DNA from: Paramecium tetraurelia
Taxonomy: Eukaryota
DNA: 64,000 nt
Reading direction: 5' to 3'
Assembly: GCA_000165425.1 (NCBI GenBank)
Contig: CT868662.1
Span: forward strand, 186,001-250,000
The position numbers and the translations under genes are program-made. Within the stretch, counting starts at the first letter, position 1; each line of letters begins with the position of its first letter. This document shows positions 24,918 to 37,563 of the stretch, in pieces. Below the pieces are notes generated by a model. It was given only the letters and a program-made list of their open reading frames with translations. It ran no database searches and was not told where the DNA came from.

Positions 24918-27486
24918 TCATTCTGGTTCTTCTTCTTCAGATTCTTCTTCAATTAATCCAATATCATCTAAAATTGTAATAAATGATTGATACAATTAGG
25001 TTGGGATTGAGTAATAAGTGGTCCATCTGTCATTTCATCAAAAACCAATTCAAATTTGTTATCAAGATAATTTTCACAGATAATCTTTTTGGGATTGTAG
25101 AAGTTTGGAGGAGGAAAGATTGGATCTAAAGCAATTCTTCAATAATATTTGATGAATACTTGAAGGCATTATCGAGCATTTGAGGTATCAATTTAGATAG
25201 TAAAGGACGAGCAAATTTCGATAGAAGGGTTTGTGTTTGCTTCGATCATTTTAACATTAAAGGTGTCATCTATCATAAAATCCAATCCAAATATTTCAAA
25301 AGTGTTCTCTCTCTTATTCTAATCTATTTTACCATACACTGCCTTAAATTATTCAGTTGCCATTTACTACACTAGTAATCATTAAGAATTACCTTCATTT
25401 TTGCATAGATCTTATTGAAATCCCCTCCGAGATTTTCAACATATACTGAAAATTCTTCAAAACTAACTTTATTGCCTTTTTCATATTTTCCATAATCTTC
25501 TCCTTTTTTCTAAACTGCATCATTAGTTAAATGAACCATTTTGTTAGTAAGATTTTTCATCGTGAATTCTTTACTCGATGTTCTGACATACCCTTCAGTG
25601 TACCAGTAACCTTTTTGATTTCCGTTAATTGATACATACATGCTATAACATCGTATATCAAATTTGCGTTTATTATAAAGCAAAGGTCTATCAATATACA
25701 ATTACACAATAAAGGTCTTATAGCTTCCATTCTTATGCATTTCTCTTGAATTTAAAATAGATTGAATTTCATTGAGATCTTCTGATACTTTTATACCATT
25801 GCCTCTATTTGTAATTTCACCAGGCTTGATAATCCAAATATTTCTGCGTTTATTCTTTTCATCACTTTCCTGATTGATCAATTATTATCTTTCTTTGTAT
25901 GCTTCCATGAATTGATGATACTCTGGTCCATCTAGACTTTTGATGTGATATGTAACTGGTAGATTTTCAAATACATTTAAGTTTTAGGATTCATAGTATG
26001 CTTTCATATTGTAAAACAAGGCTTTCTTATTACCAAGATGAAAATTGTTCTCTAAGTGATTATGTGCTTTAACAGGTTCATTATAAATAGAAAGTTTTGG
26101 TTTTACTGCCTGGGCCTACTCCAAGGTTAATAATTTTGATTGTCTTCCTTGTCCATTCAGAATTGTACTGAATTGTCTTAATTCAGCATTTGAGAGAAAT
26201 TTGTTCCACTAGTTATTGATTTTTTGAATGGCATCTACTTTAATCTATTCGCTTTCACTTTGTTCATCTTGTTTCGAAAACCCCAAACTAACAGAACCTA
26301 TTGTTGTTAGAGATGATGAGGCACTTTGACAACTCATGGATTCATTAGGATTTCTATTTAAGGCCTTCATATTTTCATGTATGGTGTTCACTTTTAATTG
26401 AGTCCAAACAAAATGACATGATTCTTGTTCATCCTGAATACTCCACCACCATCTACTTTTCAATATCTATCTGACCAGCATCCCATTATTTCCCTTTCCA
26501 ACATATGCCTTGTAAATATTTTAGTTTGGGGAAACAAAAAGACAATTCGACAAATTCATAACATTGAAGTAGTGTCTCATAGATGCATATCTTTCTTAAA
26601 AGATCAAATCTTAAGGATATTTAGGATCAAAATAATAGATGCCATCAAATTTCTTTAATTTCTTCTTTTTAATGCCTGGTAATTAGGAGGTTGTTTGATT
26701 CTGAGTCGCTACTTGCATCACTGTTGGAACATTTCCCATAGGTTCGACTTTAATATTCCTTGAAGTTTTGATTAATTATGAATTTTATCTTGCTTATTTA
26801 GTTGTACGAATTGTGTCAGTTTCAATTTGAGTGGTGTGTTTTTCCATTTGCAATCTGATCTTCTGAACGATTTCTTTTTCGAGCTTATTGTCCATAGAGT
26901 TATTTAAAAAGGAATCCTAGAATTTATTTCTTTCTACAATGAATAATTAATAGTACAAATTATGTGAATGGGTTTAGATGAGATGTTCAAAGTGGATATG
27001 CCATCAGCCTAAGGAAATATCTGCATGAACCTTCCTTATTAATATTTTAAATGATTCGATTTCTTTGACTTCGGTGAGTTGTTATGGTTGTTTGCTATCA
27101 TAGATAATGGGGTAAGTCTTACATTTCTTTTTCTTGACATGCTATATTTGTTTAAGAACATGAATATTGTTGACTTTCTCTATTTTGGGTAACATTTATT
27201 ATGCTGGACTTTCAGATCTGTCTAATTGATCGTATTTGTATTGAGTAAATAGTTTCGGACTAAAATCTTTCTTTTTTATAACTGCCTTTATTGAATCCTT
27301 TATTAGTTCTTGTACACCCGGTGATTTTAATAGTTGTTCCATTGAACGATGCTTTGATGGAGTCAAGAATTCAGTCGTCGATTACTGCTGTTATTTTTGC
27401 TAAGCCTAATTGATCATTTGGCTTATGCTGAAGTTCAAGTTTGGCATAGAGAACTGCTCAGTTTTATCCTGAATTAACAAGTTCAT
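24918..27486 (-). CDS. Tubulin-tyrosine ligase-like protein (TTLL, probably glycylase-type)
   Basis: IWIIKPGEITNRGNGI, YIDRPLLYNKRKFDIR, HLTNDAVQK and FEIFGLDFMIDDTFNVKMIEANTNP. A long low-complexity N-terminus is joined by 28- and 23-nt introns. The subfamily is inferred. Confidence 0.9.
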
Positions 27487-27706
27487 TATCAATAAATATT
27501 ATTATATAAAATAACAATCTCAACTTTGATGTATAGTTTATTGATCCAAATTTAATGGACAGTCAATCTACACCATAATCTGTTTCATTTTTTAAAGGAG
27601 TTAATAATATATATTTGGCTTATAGACTGATGTTATATGTTTACTAAATGACACTATGGTTCTATGGGAAAATGAAGTAAATACAATTATTTTAATAATA
27701 AATTAT

Positions 27707-28519
27707 ATGTTAATAAATTTGCTTTTAGTTTTCATTTATTTTGTAAATAGCAAGAATATTAAAGCAAATCGCAATTTCAAGGTTCCTTAAATTACTGGCG
27801 ATTATTTAGTGAAATGTAAGAATGTGTTTACCTATTATTTGGAATAAAAAAACAAAATAGTTTTGGAAGAAGAGTTCTAAGCTGAAAAAACAGAGATTGA
27901 TCATATATCTGCTGCCGATATCTAAGGTATTGCAGAAGACAAACCAATTATATTTGAAAGCCCAATTTTATTGCAATCTGGACCAATCAGATCAACAACC
28001 TTGTACAATCAATTCGGTTTTGTTCAAACATGGACAATCCTACATCACGATGATTTCGAAAATAGGAACTCCATGATCGGTTGGAACATTCCTCACAGAG
28101 CTTATTGTGAACTAAAGGGAATCCATTACACTGATGCAGAAGGCTCTCTGTAAAATGATCATTTCATTCATGAAGCCAATTGTAATGTTAATAACCCAAG
28201 TCTTCAGAAAACGTACAATACCAATATAGAACATAATCATATCAGAGTCAGCGCAGAATTAACTGTCTTCGGAGATTGGAATGGAGATAGCATCAATGTC
28301 CTAATTGACAATAAGGTCGCATGGAGCAAAGTGTTTTAAGGCGAAATCACCTAAGCAGAACATCCCTGTCCTGCCTTATTTGCACTTGGAATTCCTGTTT
28401 AATTTACTATGGAGCATAAGACTCATGAATTTACAATATCCTTTTAGGCTAATCATAAAAGACATCCATGTGATGGCAGCTTTGGAGTTGATGATATAAT
28501 AGTTTATTATAAATAATGA
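27707..28519 (+). CDS. Predicted secreted protein with Cys-containing extracellular beta-rich domain
   Basis: Intronless 271-codon ORF with a signal peptide (MLINLLLVFIYFVNS) and the C-terminus HPCDGSFGVDDIIVYYKQ. An in-frame ATG also exists upstream near 27656. Confidence 0.75.
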
Positions 28520-28529
28520 AAATTAATTA

Positions 28530-30046
28530 ATGTAACAATTATTGAAACCTTCACTCAATTTCGATTTCTAAGAGGCCTTATTTGAAGATAACCCCAAATT
28601 AACCTCATAAATCAAAGCCCAACAAAAGAATGATTTGCTCAATCAATCATTCAAAAATTAGGATTATAAAGGAAATCACAAAAACATAGTGAGACCGCGG
28701 AGTTCCTCAGGATATAGATAATCTTAAAATAATCAAAGTTTAAACCAATACATTAAAGCAGTTCGTTCTAAACAAGTTAAATAATACAAAAGTTCACCAT
28801 AACATTATTCTGCCAAACAAACGATATTTGATAAGAATAAAACCTTAGGAGTAGCCTCGAACATGTAATCTAATATGTATTTTCCTTATTAATATAACAT
28901 GCTGACTAAACAGTCTAATTATACTAGATAACAACAAATGGCCAATATTAACAATAAATAATAAAGTTAAAAATAAAATTAAAATAATTTGTAAAATGCA
29001 GCCATTTTTGATTGGGATGATGATGATGATATGGATAATCGTTTCTATATTTCTGGGAACACAGTAAAAATTCATAAATCATATTATGAGTCAATCGAAA
29101 AAGCAAATATGCAATAGTTTCTGTAGAAGTAGAAAAAATCAAATATTATCGAAAATTCTATAAAATAAAACCAAGATATATTAAAACAACAATAAAGGGA
29201 AATATAATAAAAGCTTGATAATATTGAATAATTGCGGATGACTTAATTACTTTAGAATAATTTAGTTTTATCTTAAGTTCCAAATTAAAATGAGGAATAA
29301 TATTAGAGTGACAAATAATAAAAGTATACTCCAAAAAATCCTATTTAACTAATTGAAAGTGAAAATAATTTTGAATATGGATATGAAGAAGAAAACTTTG
29401 AGATCGATGAAGATAACAAAGTATAAAATAAGGAATAAGAATTTTCTAAAATCTCGAAGCAATAACTATAATAAGCTGAATTTAAATAGTCTTAGAATAG
29501 ATTAGATTAAGACAATAATAGCAAGAAAAATAAATCTAATGAGAGTTTGAATAAGACATCTAAAAAAGTAATTTATAAGGCGAAAAATGCTCAAGAAAGA
29601 AAATAAGAATTGATGAATATGAGATCTGACTTAGAAAAGTATTTGTTGTCGAATAACACACAAATTTCTAAGATGTTCCAAGAATTGCAAGAAACTAAGG
29701 AGAAAGAGAGAGTTATGATTGAGGTTAGTACCAAGAGGTAAGAAGAATTATCTTAAGCAAAACTGACATTAAGGTAACTATAGGAAAAATTCAGTAAATA
29801 ACAGCAGATTATTGAAGTAATCATATAATCAATATATTCCAGGAATTGAATTAGAAAGAACATTATGCTAATTAAATCATATAGAAGTTGACTGAAAATA
29901 AACAAAAGTATAGCCAATTGTGGGAGAATTAAATAGAGAAATACATGGCATGCAAAGTGATTGCTAGATTTTTGAAGGGAAGGAGAGATAGAAAATTATT
30001 TACATAATTAAAAAGACAAAGCTTTATTAATAGATTAAAACAATGA
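28530..30046 (+). CDS. Hypothetical low-complexity/coiled-coil protein with C-terminal IQ-like motif
   Basis: Open table-6 frame MQQLLKPSLNFDF..., one intron near 29816-29843, and AKVIARFLKGRRDRK near the C-terminus. Confidence 0.7.
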
Positions 30047-30065
30047 TTATAAATTTAATTATAAA

Positions 30066-31513
30066 ATGGCAAAATTTATCGATTATTTAGTTGACACTGG
30101 CATTATTGCTAACAATTCACAAATATCACCCAACAATATGATGTTCGAACTATCAGATTATTTGAAAAATTTAACTGCCTCAGATTCATTTGATATGGCC
30201 AACAGAATATATGATAGTTGGAAATTAAAATTAAAGCAAAAATAAAACCCAGCATCCTTAGTTAAGATAATAACAAAGATAGCTTTAGGAAAGCCATTTA
30301 GAATATTGAACTCTTAGAAGAATTTGAACAGTCCCTAGCTAATTAGAAATTAGTAAAGGTCACTTAGCTAACAAGAGCTTTAATATTAATCTCCTTTAGA
30401 TAAATGCAAACTAAGTTAAATGGGTTTCAATGATACATGTGAGAGATTATACTAGGATGGAATAGCTTAGAAAGTAAAAAAGTAAAATTATACTAACTGA
30501 CATAGAGAATACTTTGAGCAAGAGAAATGCAAATAAGAATTAAGAGATTGCACCTTTAAGCCTTAGATATCAGCAGAAAAGCTGTGTACTAATGACACTG
30601 AAGTCTTTGATCGCTTATATAAGAGTCAACTTGCATGCAAAAATGACTTTTCAGAAGTGAAACAGAAACAAGAAATTGTTTAATGTACATTCACTCCTTA
30701 GATTACTAAATAATAGTCGATTTCGAACTATTAACCTATAGAATAAATTTTTGAGAGACTATTTTAAGAATCCATCAATAGAAATAATATGAAATTGAGT
30801 TTGGCTCCAACTAGAGAAGAAAGAGAGCTTTAGTAATGTACCTTTAAGCCTTAAATATCTTAAAGATAATTGAATAGAAGTGGTGATGATAGTAATGAAT
30901 AATTACAACTTAATTAGTCTTTGCAAGATTACATAATGAATCAGCTGAAAAATAGTAAATAAAGGCCTTTTAAAAACTTGAATCGGACACAAAGGAAATA
31001 GAGAGCTGTACATTTAAACCTAAAATTAATACTCATTCTAATTTTTCTCCGAGTTCTCAACCTGCCTTTGATAGATTGTACATGTTGTCATCTAAATCTA
31101 AATAAACAGGATTGGATGAAAGCCAAAAAAGATAGAAGACTAATCCAAAAACTATAGCGACAAACGAGTCACTTTACGAAAGAATGAAAAATCATGTAAA
31201 CCAAAGGAAACGAACTTTGAATTTAATACAATAAGAATATGACAAAGAGTTAACATTCAAACCTAATATTAATTTAAGATAAGGAAATCTTTAAAGCAGA
31301 TTAGAAAATAGGAATTAGTCTGTGGCTTCAGTGAAATCAGAGACAAAGTTAAAACCAAACCTAAATTAATCACAATTATCATCAATAAGGTTATACAATA
31401 CGAGAAAGTCATAGTAGGATAAGGAGAATGATAATCTCACAATGCTCGCTGAAACTGCACATTTTAAGAACGACTAGAAGTAGAAAAAAAGTATTTCAGA
31501 CTTAAAACTATGA
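30066..31513 (+). CDS. Protein with repeated CTFKPQI / FDRLY motifs
   Basis: MAKFIDYLVDTG... with five CTFxPQI-like motifs interleaved with FDRLY/FERL motifs, ending at TGA 31511. Confidence 0.8.
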
Positions 31514-31659
31514 TAAATATATATATGGGTGTATAAACTACTATTAATATATCTAGAATATGAAGAGTATTAAATACAAGTATATATTATTAAATCATAT
31601 TTAATGTAATACAATTTTGGAATACTCTATAAACCATTATTAATTTTAATAAAATATTT

Positions 31660-31869
31660 ATGATAAATAAGTTGTAAGTGGGATATCTAGTAATTGGATT
31701 TACAGCAGGATTTTATTTTGCGATTAACTTGGATCAAGCATATTACTTCTCTTTGCATCATAAGTTGTTCTTGCCATTAAGAGATGAAATAAACAAGGCT
31801 GACAGAACATTTTCAACAGTGTTTAATACTTTCAAACAGGGGATCAAGAATGCTTATGATGATATTTGA
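31660..31869 (+). CDS. Small single-pass membrane protein (69 aa)
   Basis: MINKLQVGYLVIGFTAGFYFAINL...NAYDDI-TGA, with one Gly-containing hydrophobic helix. Confidence 0.65.
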
Positions 31870-31887
31870 GTTAATATAAAAATATTA

Positions 31888-33863
31888 ATGAATTTAAATT
31901 ATATTGACAATTATGGTTAACTAGCAGATGTCTCATCATAACAACAAAAGTCATCGAGTATTCATAATTCTCACAGAGAATACACTTTTGCTCCATACGG
32001 TTAAAATTAGGTAGTTAATATGAGCGCAAAGTAATCCCAATAAGATTCAAATTTTATAAACAGATATCATAATAGTAGCCTACCTCCTAATAATTATACC
32101 AAAAAGAAATCGCCCAGTCAACCTACTTCGTATTTGAATAAATTGAAATAATAATATGCTCCATTATAGTCAACTCAATCGACACATCATAGTAATCATA
32201 ATCAATCAGTTGAGAGTGATCACTAGAGTTATGAGTAATTGATGATTTACAATAACCTATTGAAATTGGAGTTGGAAAAAAAGTTGTTTAATTGTGGAGT
32301 TTTTGTTATCAAATAAAATAATGGGAAATGTGTTGACTTTTATATGGAGTTAAAAAGATAGAAGGATTATTATGAAAACTAAATCCAATAATTATAAGCA
32401 GTCATTTAAAACCATGAAAATAGGCCTAATGAATACATCGACCTATCTGAATATCAGCGTTAGAATCAGGAATTAAGTAAATCAATTGAATAGGCCATCT
32501 CAAAACTGACCTTAGCCAATCAAACTATTAATCAATTAGAACAAGAGAAGGAGTCCTTGCTAGATTATGTTGACAAGTAGAAGGATATTGCTGAACAATT
32601 AAAATCATAAAATGATCAGTAGGATTTAAAACAAAAGGAAATGAAAATTATGATTTTGCAATTATAAAAATAAATAGAACAGTACAACATTGAATTGATG
32701 GACAAAGAGGAATTCATTAAAGAAATTAGTGAGATGCAAAATAAGAACAAATGTTTATTGCAGGATGAAATTATGAAGTATCAATAATAAATTACTATGT
32801 TGCAACGATAACTACAAGATTATGAACAATAAAATAAGGATTTAAGTAGAAAATTTAATGATAGTGCATCTTAAATACATATGATAATTAGACAATCTGA
32901 TGACAAACAAAGTTAACTTCAATTTACACAGATGCAAGATAATCATAGTGTTTGTGAGTTTGATAGCAATTTGAAATCATCAAGGAACACTAACCTTATT
33001 CAAAAGTAATAATAGGGTTTGGATTAAATGATAAAAATCAATAAGCAAACACTCTAAGACTTTTAGCAGTAATTGATGTTACATTAGAAATTAGGGGAGT
33101 ATCAAGAGAAGTTGAGTAATTAACTATCATAGATTGAATAATAGAATAAACAACTAATTGCGATTACATAGTAGCATTAAGAAGTGCTTTAATAAAATTC
33201 TAGTCTCATAGAGAAAGAAGCTGATCTCAATAGGGAGATATAAGATTTGAATCAGAAAATCGAAAAACTTCAATAGGAAAGATAGGAATAAGTTGAGTAG
33301 ATGGAAATATTACAGTAGTAAGCTATTGATTAGAATTAAATAAATTAAGATTTAAACACTTAATACTTTAAATAAATTGATGAATTGTAAAGTGTTAATC
33401 AGATCTAATAAAAATATAATACATTATAAATTAAGGTTTAAGCAGATGTGGAATATTATGAGAAGTAAATCATAATTTTTATTTTAGCATAATTAGTGAA
33501 TTTAATTGCCAATTGATTAAAATTTAGAAGAAGATAGAGGACATATTTAGTAAATTACAAGTTTTTGATTTAAGTAAGATCTAAGCGAATGAGATCTCAA
33601 CTAATACTATACTGATATCTCTTGATCATCTAGAAACTCTGGTCAATAGAAATCTTGGGTGTAATAAGATTTAATTAAACACTTCTAATCAAATTAATAA
33701 TACTTAGTTAAATTTCTCAACCAACCAGACTCCCACGAATATGGTGCATAATAGCAAGTACTTCTCAAATGAGTGCTTTGACAGCAATCAAAAAAACAGT
33801 ATGTTGAGCAACTTAAGCAATCACAATAAACCATATTTAGTGAAGAGGAATTACTATTTATGA
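31888..33863 (+). CDS. Gln-rich coiled-coil hypothetical protein
   Basis: Long table-6 frame rich in TAA/TAG/CAA codons, with an intron near 33465-33488, ending KRNYYL-TGA. Confidence 0.7.
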
Positions 33864-33878
33864 ATTTTATTTATTTAT

Positions 33879-35078
33879 ATGCTTAAATCAAATAAACTAA
33901 CCTCTGAGTCAGCCTTAACTACAAACAGACCAACCAGTCGCATAGATACGTCCTATTTAAATAGAGGATACTCTTAACATTCCTAAAACTAAAGTACAAA
34001 TAAGAAATTGTGGATAAAAATTAATAAAGTCACTGAAGATGCTACTGATACTAAACCTTATATTGCGATCGAAAAGTAAAGGAATACTAATTCCTGTCAC
34101 ATCAGAGTAAGTTTAAAATTTATTTCCACTAGCCATCCATAAATAGGAAGACAAGTTGTGAAATAAAAAATTAAATAGATTTTAATGAAATTAAACATTT
34201 CATTAAAGAAGTCGATCATCAATATGAAGATGAACCATTTACAAAAAAGGCTAATCAACAATAAACTTAGTAATATTAAAACGAAAAGAGACTCAATCAT
34301 TTAAACTTAATATTGGCATCATTTAGGGACAGGATAAAAAGTAGAAATATATCAAATGACATAGAACCTAATAATTAATAAAGTATTTATATAATTTGAT
34401 GAATACAAGAATATAACAATAAAATTAAGATAAGATCAAAGCAGATTGCAATCATTAAGTAAAGAATTAATAAATCTTAGATAACATTCAGACAACAAAA
34501 TAGGCTTAAAAATCTCCTAATTGAAATAACAGAATGCATCGCAATAGCTAATTTACAGCAACTATGCTAAAGTACTAAAGATTTAAATTTTATGAATGTA
34601 GTCATTCAGAGCCTCTTCTGATTATATTGTGAATTAAATCCCACATTAACCTTCGCAATAGATATAAAAACTAACAGAAGAATTAGGGAATCTAGAGAAT
34701 TATAAGTAATATAATGACTACTAATCAATTAGTTTAACAAGTGACAGACTTGAGAATTCTAAAGATTTTAGTGGGAGACCTTTGGCATCTATCAAATGGA
34801 TACTAAAAAGAAACAAGAAGAATCCTGATGAAATAGATAATCAATTACTTATGGATGAATCGATGATTAGTGAGACTGAAGGTATGTCAATTGTTTCTAT
34901 TATACTAGCCAAATTGAATTCTTTATATGAAGAAAGTATTTCAATTTAAAAGAATTTATTGTAGAATTAGAAAAGCAGTCCAATAAAAGCAATAAGTGCA
35001 ATTAAAAAAATGGATTAGATTAAATCTATTATCAATAACGTTAACTCAAATAAATTGATGAATAAGTTTTTAATATGA
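33879..35078 (+). CDS. Hypothetical coiled-coil protein
   Basis: ORF of 400 codons from MLKSNKLTSES... to NKFLI-TGA; the length fits an intronless gene. Confidence 0.7.
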
Positions 35079-35091
35079 AAACATTACACAC

Positions 35092-35472
35092 TCATATTTT
35101 ACATATTCTGTTCCTATATACTTCTAGTTAATTGGCTAACTCCTATGTTAATCCCATGCATGACAAATGAAACCATTTTTATCATACTGATCACATTAGA
35201 GATGCTACAAAATTTAATAGAATTTTAAGGCTATCCAAATATAAAAATTCTTTGGTGTTGTATTTCTAGTAACATAGAATTTAAACTCTCAGTGTTTTCA
35301 ATTCATCTATATTGAGTACAGATACTTTGACTAGATCCAATCAATAAACAGTATCTTAGTTTATTCAGTTAAGTATAATTCACTTTTAGAAAAGATCTTA
35401 TTGATCGAGTCTTCAAGATCTTTTCATAATCATCAGCATTAATATATTAATAACATTTTTTCGAAAGATCAT
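35092..35472 (-). pseudogene. Decayed BAH-PHD chromatin-reader gene
   Basis: Fragments in different frames: BAH-like IFSKSELYLTEQTKILFIDWIQSK, then PHD-like LQCDQYDK / KWFHLSCMGLTQELANQLEVYRNRIC. Frameshifts, in-frame TGAs and lost Cys residues are present. Confidence 0.65.
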
Positions 35473-35479
35473 ATTATAA

Positions 35480-37505
35480 TCATTCATATATATTTATTAA
35501 GGTTTCCTTTAACAGTCTTATTGGTTTTCTAACGCTTTTTCCAACAACTTAACCGTCAACTGTTACATCTCTATACAATAATATTGTTAGATAATCAATA
35601 CTAATTCCATAAATATGGGAGAAGAATTTTGTAACCTAAAATAGTATTTAAAATTTACAAAGTAGGACGAAAAAAATGAAAACACTAGGAAATAGATTGG
35701 AGCTTGGATAATTATGGTTGTTCTAGTATAGATCAAGAGCAAATATGTGAATGACATGCACAGAATTGATATAGTAAGACTACATGAATTCATAAATAGT
35801 TGGCCATGTTATTAAATCTATGTATGTTTCATTAGTTTTTGGTCAAATAGATATTAACACTTTGCATTTTATAGAAAGCCTTCAGTTCTTATAAAAGAAA
35901 GTAAGTAAGCCCTCTCATTAATAGATAGAATATTTTATATTAGATTTGATTCTAAATAATTTGGATTGCTGAGCATCCACAAATATATTTTGATTAACGC
36001 TCTTGGTATCCATAAAAGAGATATCAACACTTAACCTAAAATTATTGCATCTATATTTTTGAAAATCAAAGTCTTTAGTATTTACATTGTTGATTTTTGC
36101 TCATTAAGTAAATGACTATTTGATTTTTCATTTACAAAAACACCATACTGTTTAAGCATGATGCCGATTATAAGAAATTTGCTAATACCTGAAATTACCA
36201 AAAGAAGTAGTAGTAAGCCTAAAATATGAATAATCCCGAATGCATAGGCAAGTAAATTTAGTTGAAAAGTATTAAAAGGGTATCTATGAGTTGTCACATT
36301 TCCGATTGTCAAGATGAAACTATATTTAAATAAGTTGATTACTTTGCAATTAATACCCAAACGAAAAAGAGACCTGCATTAGTAATTCCGAAAACTATAG
36401 GTATGAGGTAAAAATGCTGAAAATTAGATTTACTTTTATTTTGGGAATCTTATAATGCTTGAGAGGAATAATCATAAAAATAATTGACAATTTTAATCTT
36501 AATTCCGATGGTCTAATATTACTTATAATTATAAATTAAATCCGAAATATAATATATCGCAAGGATGACAAAAAAAATACCCAAAATTAACGGTAAAAAA
36601 GAGATAGTGAAATTTGAGTTTTCATTTTACACAATGCTAACCACTTCTGGAAGTGTTAATTTTGAATTTTTATTGGCTTATTGCAATTTGATTACAAACA
36701 GATAATTATTGATGCACAAAAAAGCTTATAGAAAAAGCATCAATATTAATGTCACTTAAATAATCCAAATAGTTTTCTATTACAATTTTATCAGTAAGAC
36801 ATATACTATCTAACTATCAAATGACTAAGTTTAAATACTTGATCAATATAGAAAAGACAAATGTACAAAATATGATTAAAGCACCATTTTCGAGATCCTT
36901 AAAAAATTTAATGACTTCTGGTGATTCTAAACCAACCAAAACATTTTGTAAATAATTTGATTTTGTCGGCAGACAGACATTTATGAATTTCAGAGAATCG
37001 TAGTATATCAAACTAAAATCGTTATCTCCAATAAATAGAGTATTTTTGCAAGATTTAATAAATTGATTTGGCATACACTATATTTCCAGCAGCTCTAATA
37101 AATATTTATTACTTAAAACCATCTATTTCATTTTCAATCTCTTTTACTGGGCATTCTTTTACGCAAACTGTTAAATATAGCGATTTATCAGTGCTGGGAT
37201 TACTAAAATATATATATTTGTATTATTCTAGGCCTGGACTCCCCCCACAGATATTACCTTATTTTTTAGAGTGAAGGATATATACCATTTGAATCAAAAG
37301 GGCATCCCAATTATTTTGAATTCCCAATCATAACACTCAAAAAAGAGGTAAAAATAACAATATTTTGAAAAATCAAGAAAAATAAGGAACATTTATTAAT
37401 CTAATTTTTTCCTGGTTATTAGTAGTAATGTTCTATTTATTGTAAATCCTCTTGTATGTGCGGACCAGGATAATTGCTTTGGTTCATAGCAATTGTTGAA
37501 TCCAT
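35480..37505 (-). CDS. Divergent choline transporter-like (CTL/SLC44) protein
   Basis: PFDSNG^NICG, YIYFSNP, TVCVKECP and CMPNQFIKSC, multiple TM helices, and a C-terminal FFSHIYGISIDYLTILLYRD. Confidence 0.75.
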
Positions 37506-37563
37506 TAAATTTTAATATAAATTTTGATTTTTTTAATTTAATAGTGATTATATACTACTTAAT

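Noticed and set aside
27810..27860. GTAAG donor-like site without a nearby AG, a possible non-canonical intron
   Set aside because: A recount shows the ORF is in frame without splicing (813 nt, 271 codons).
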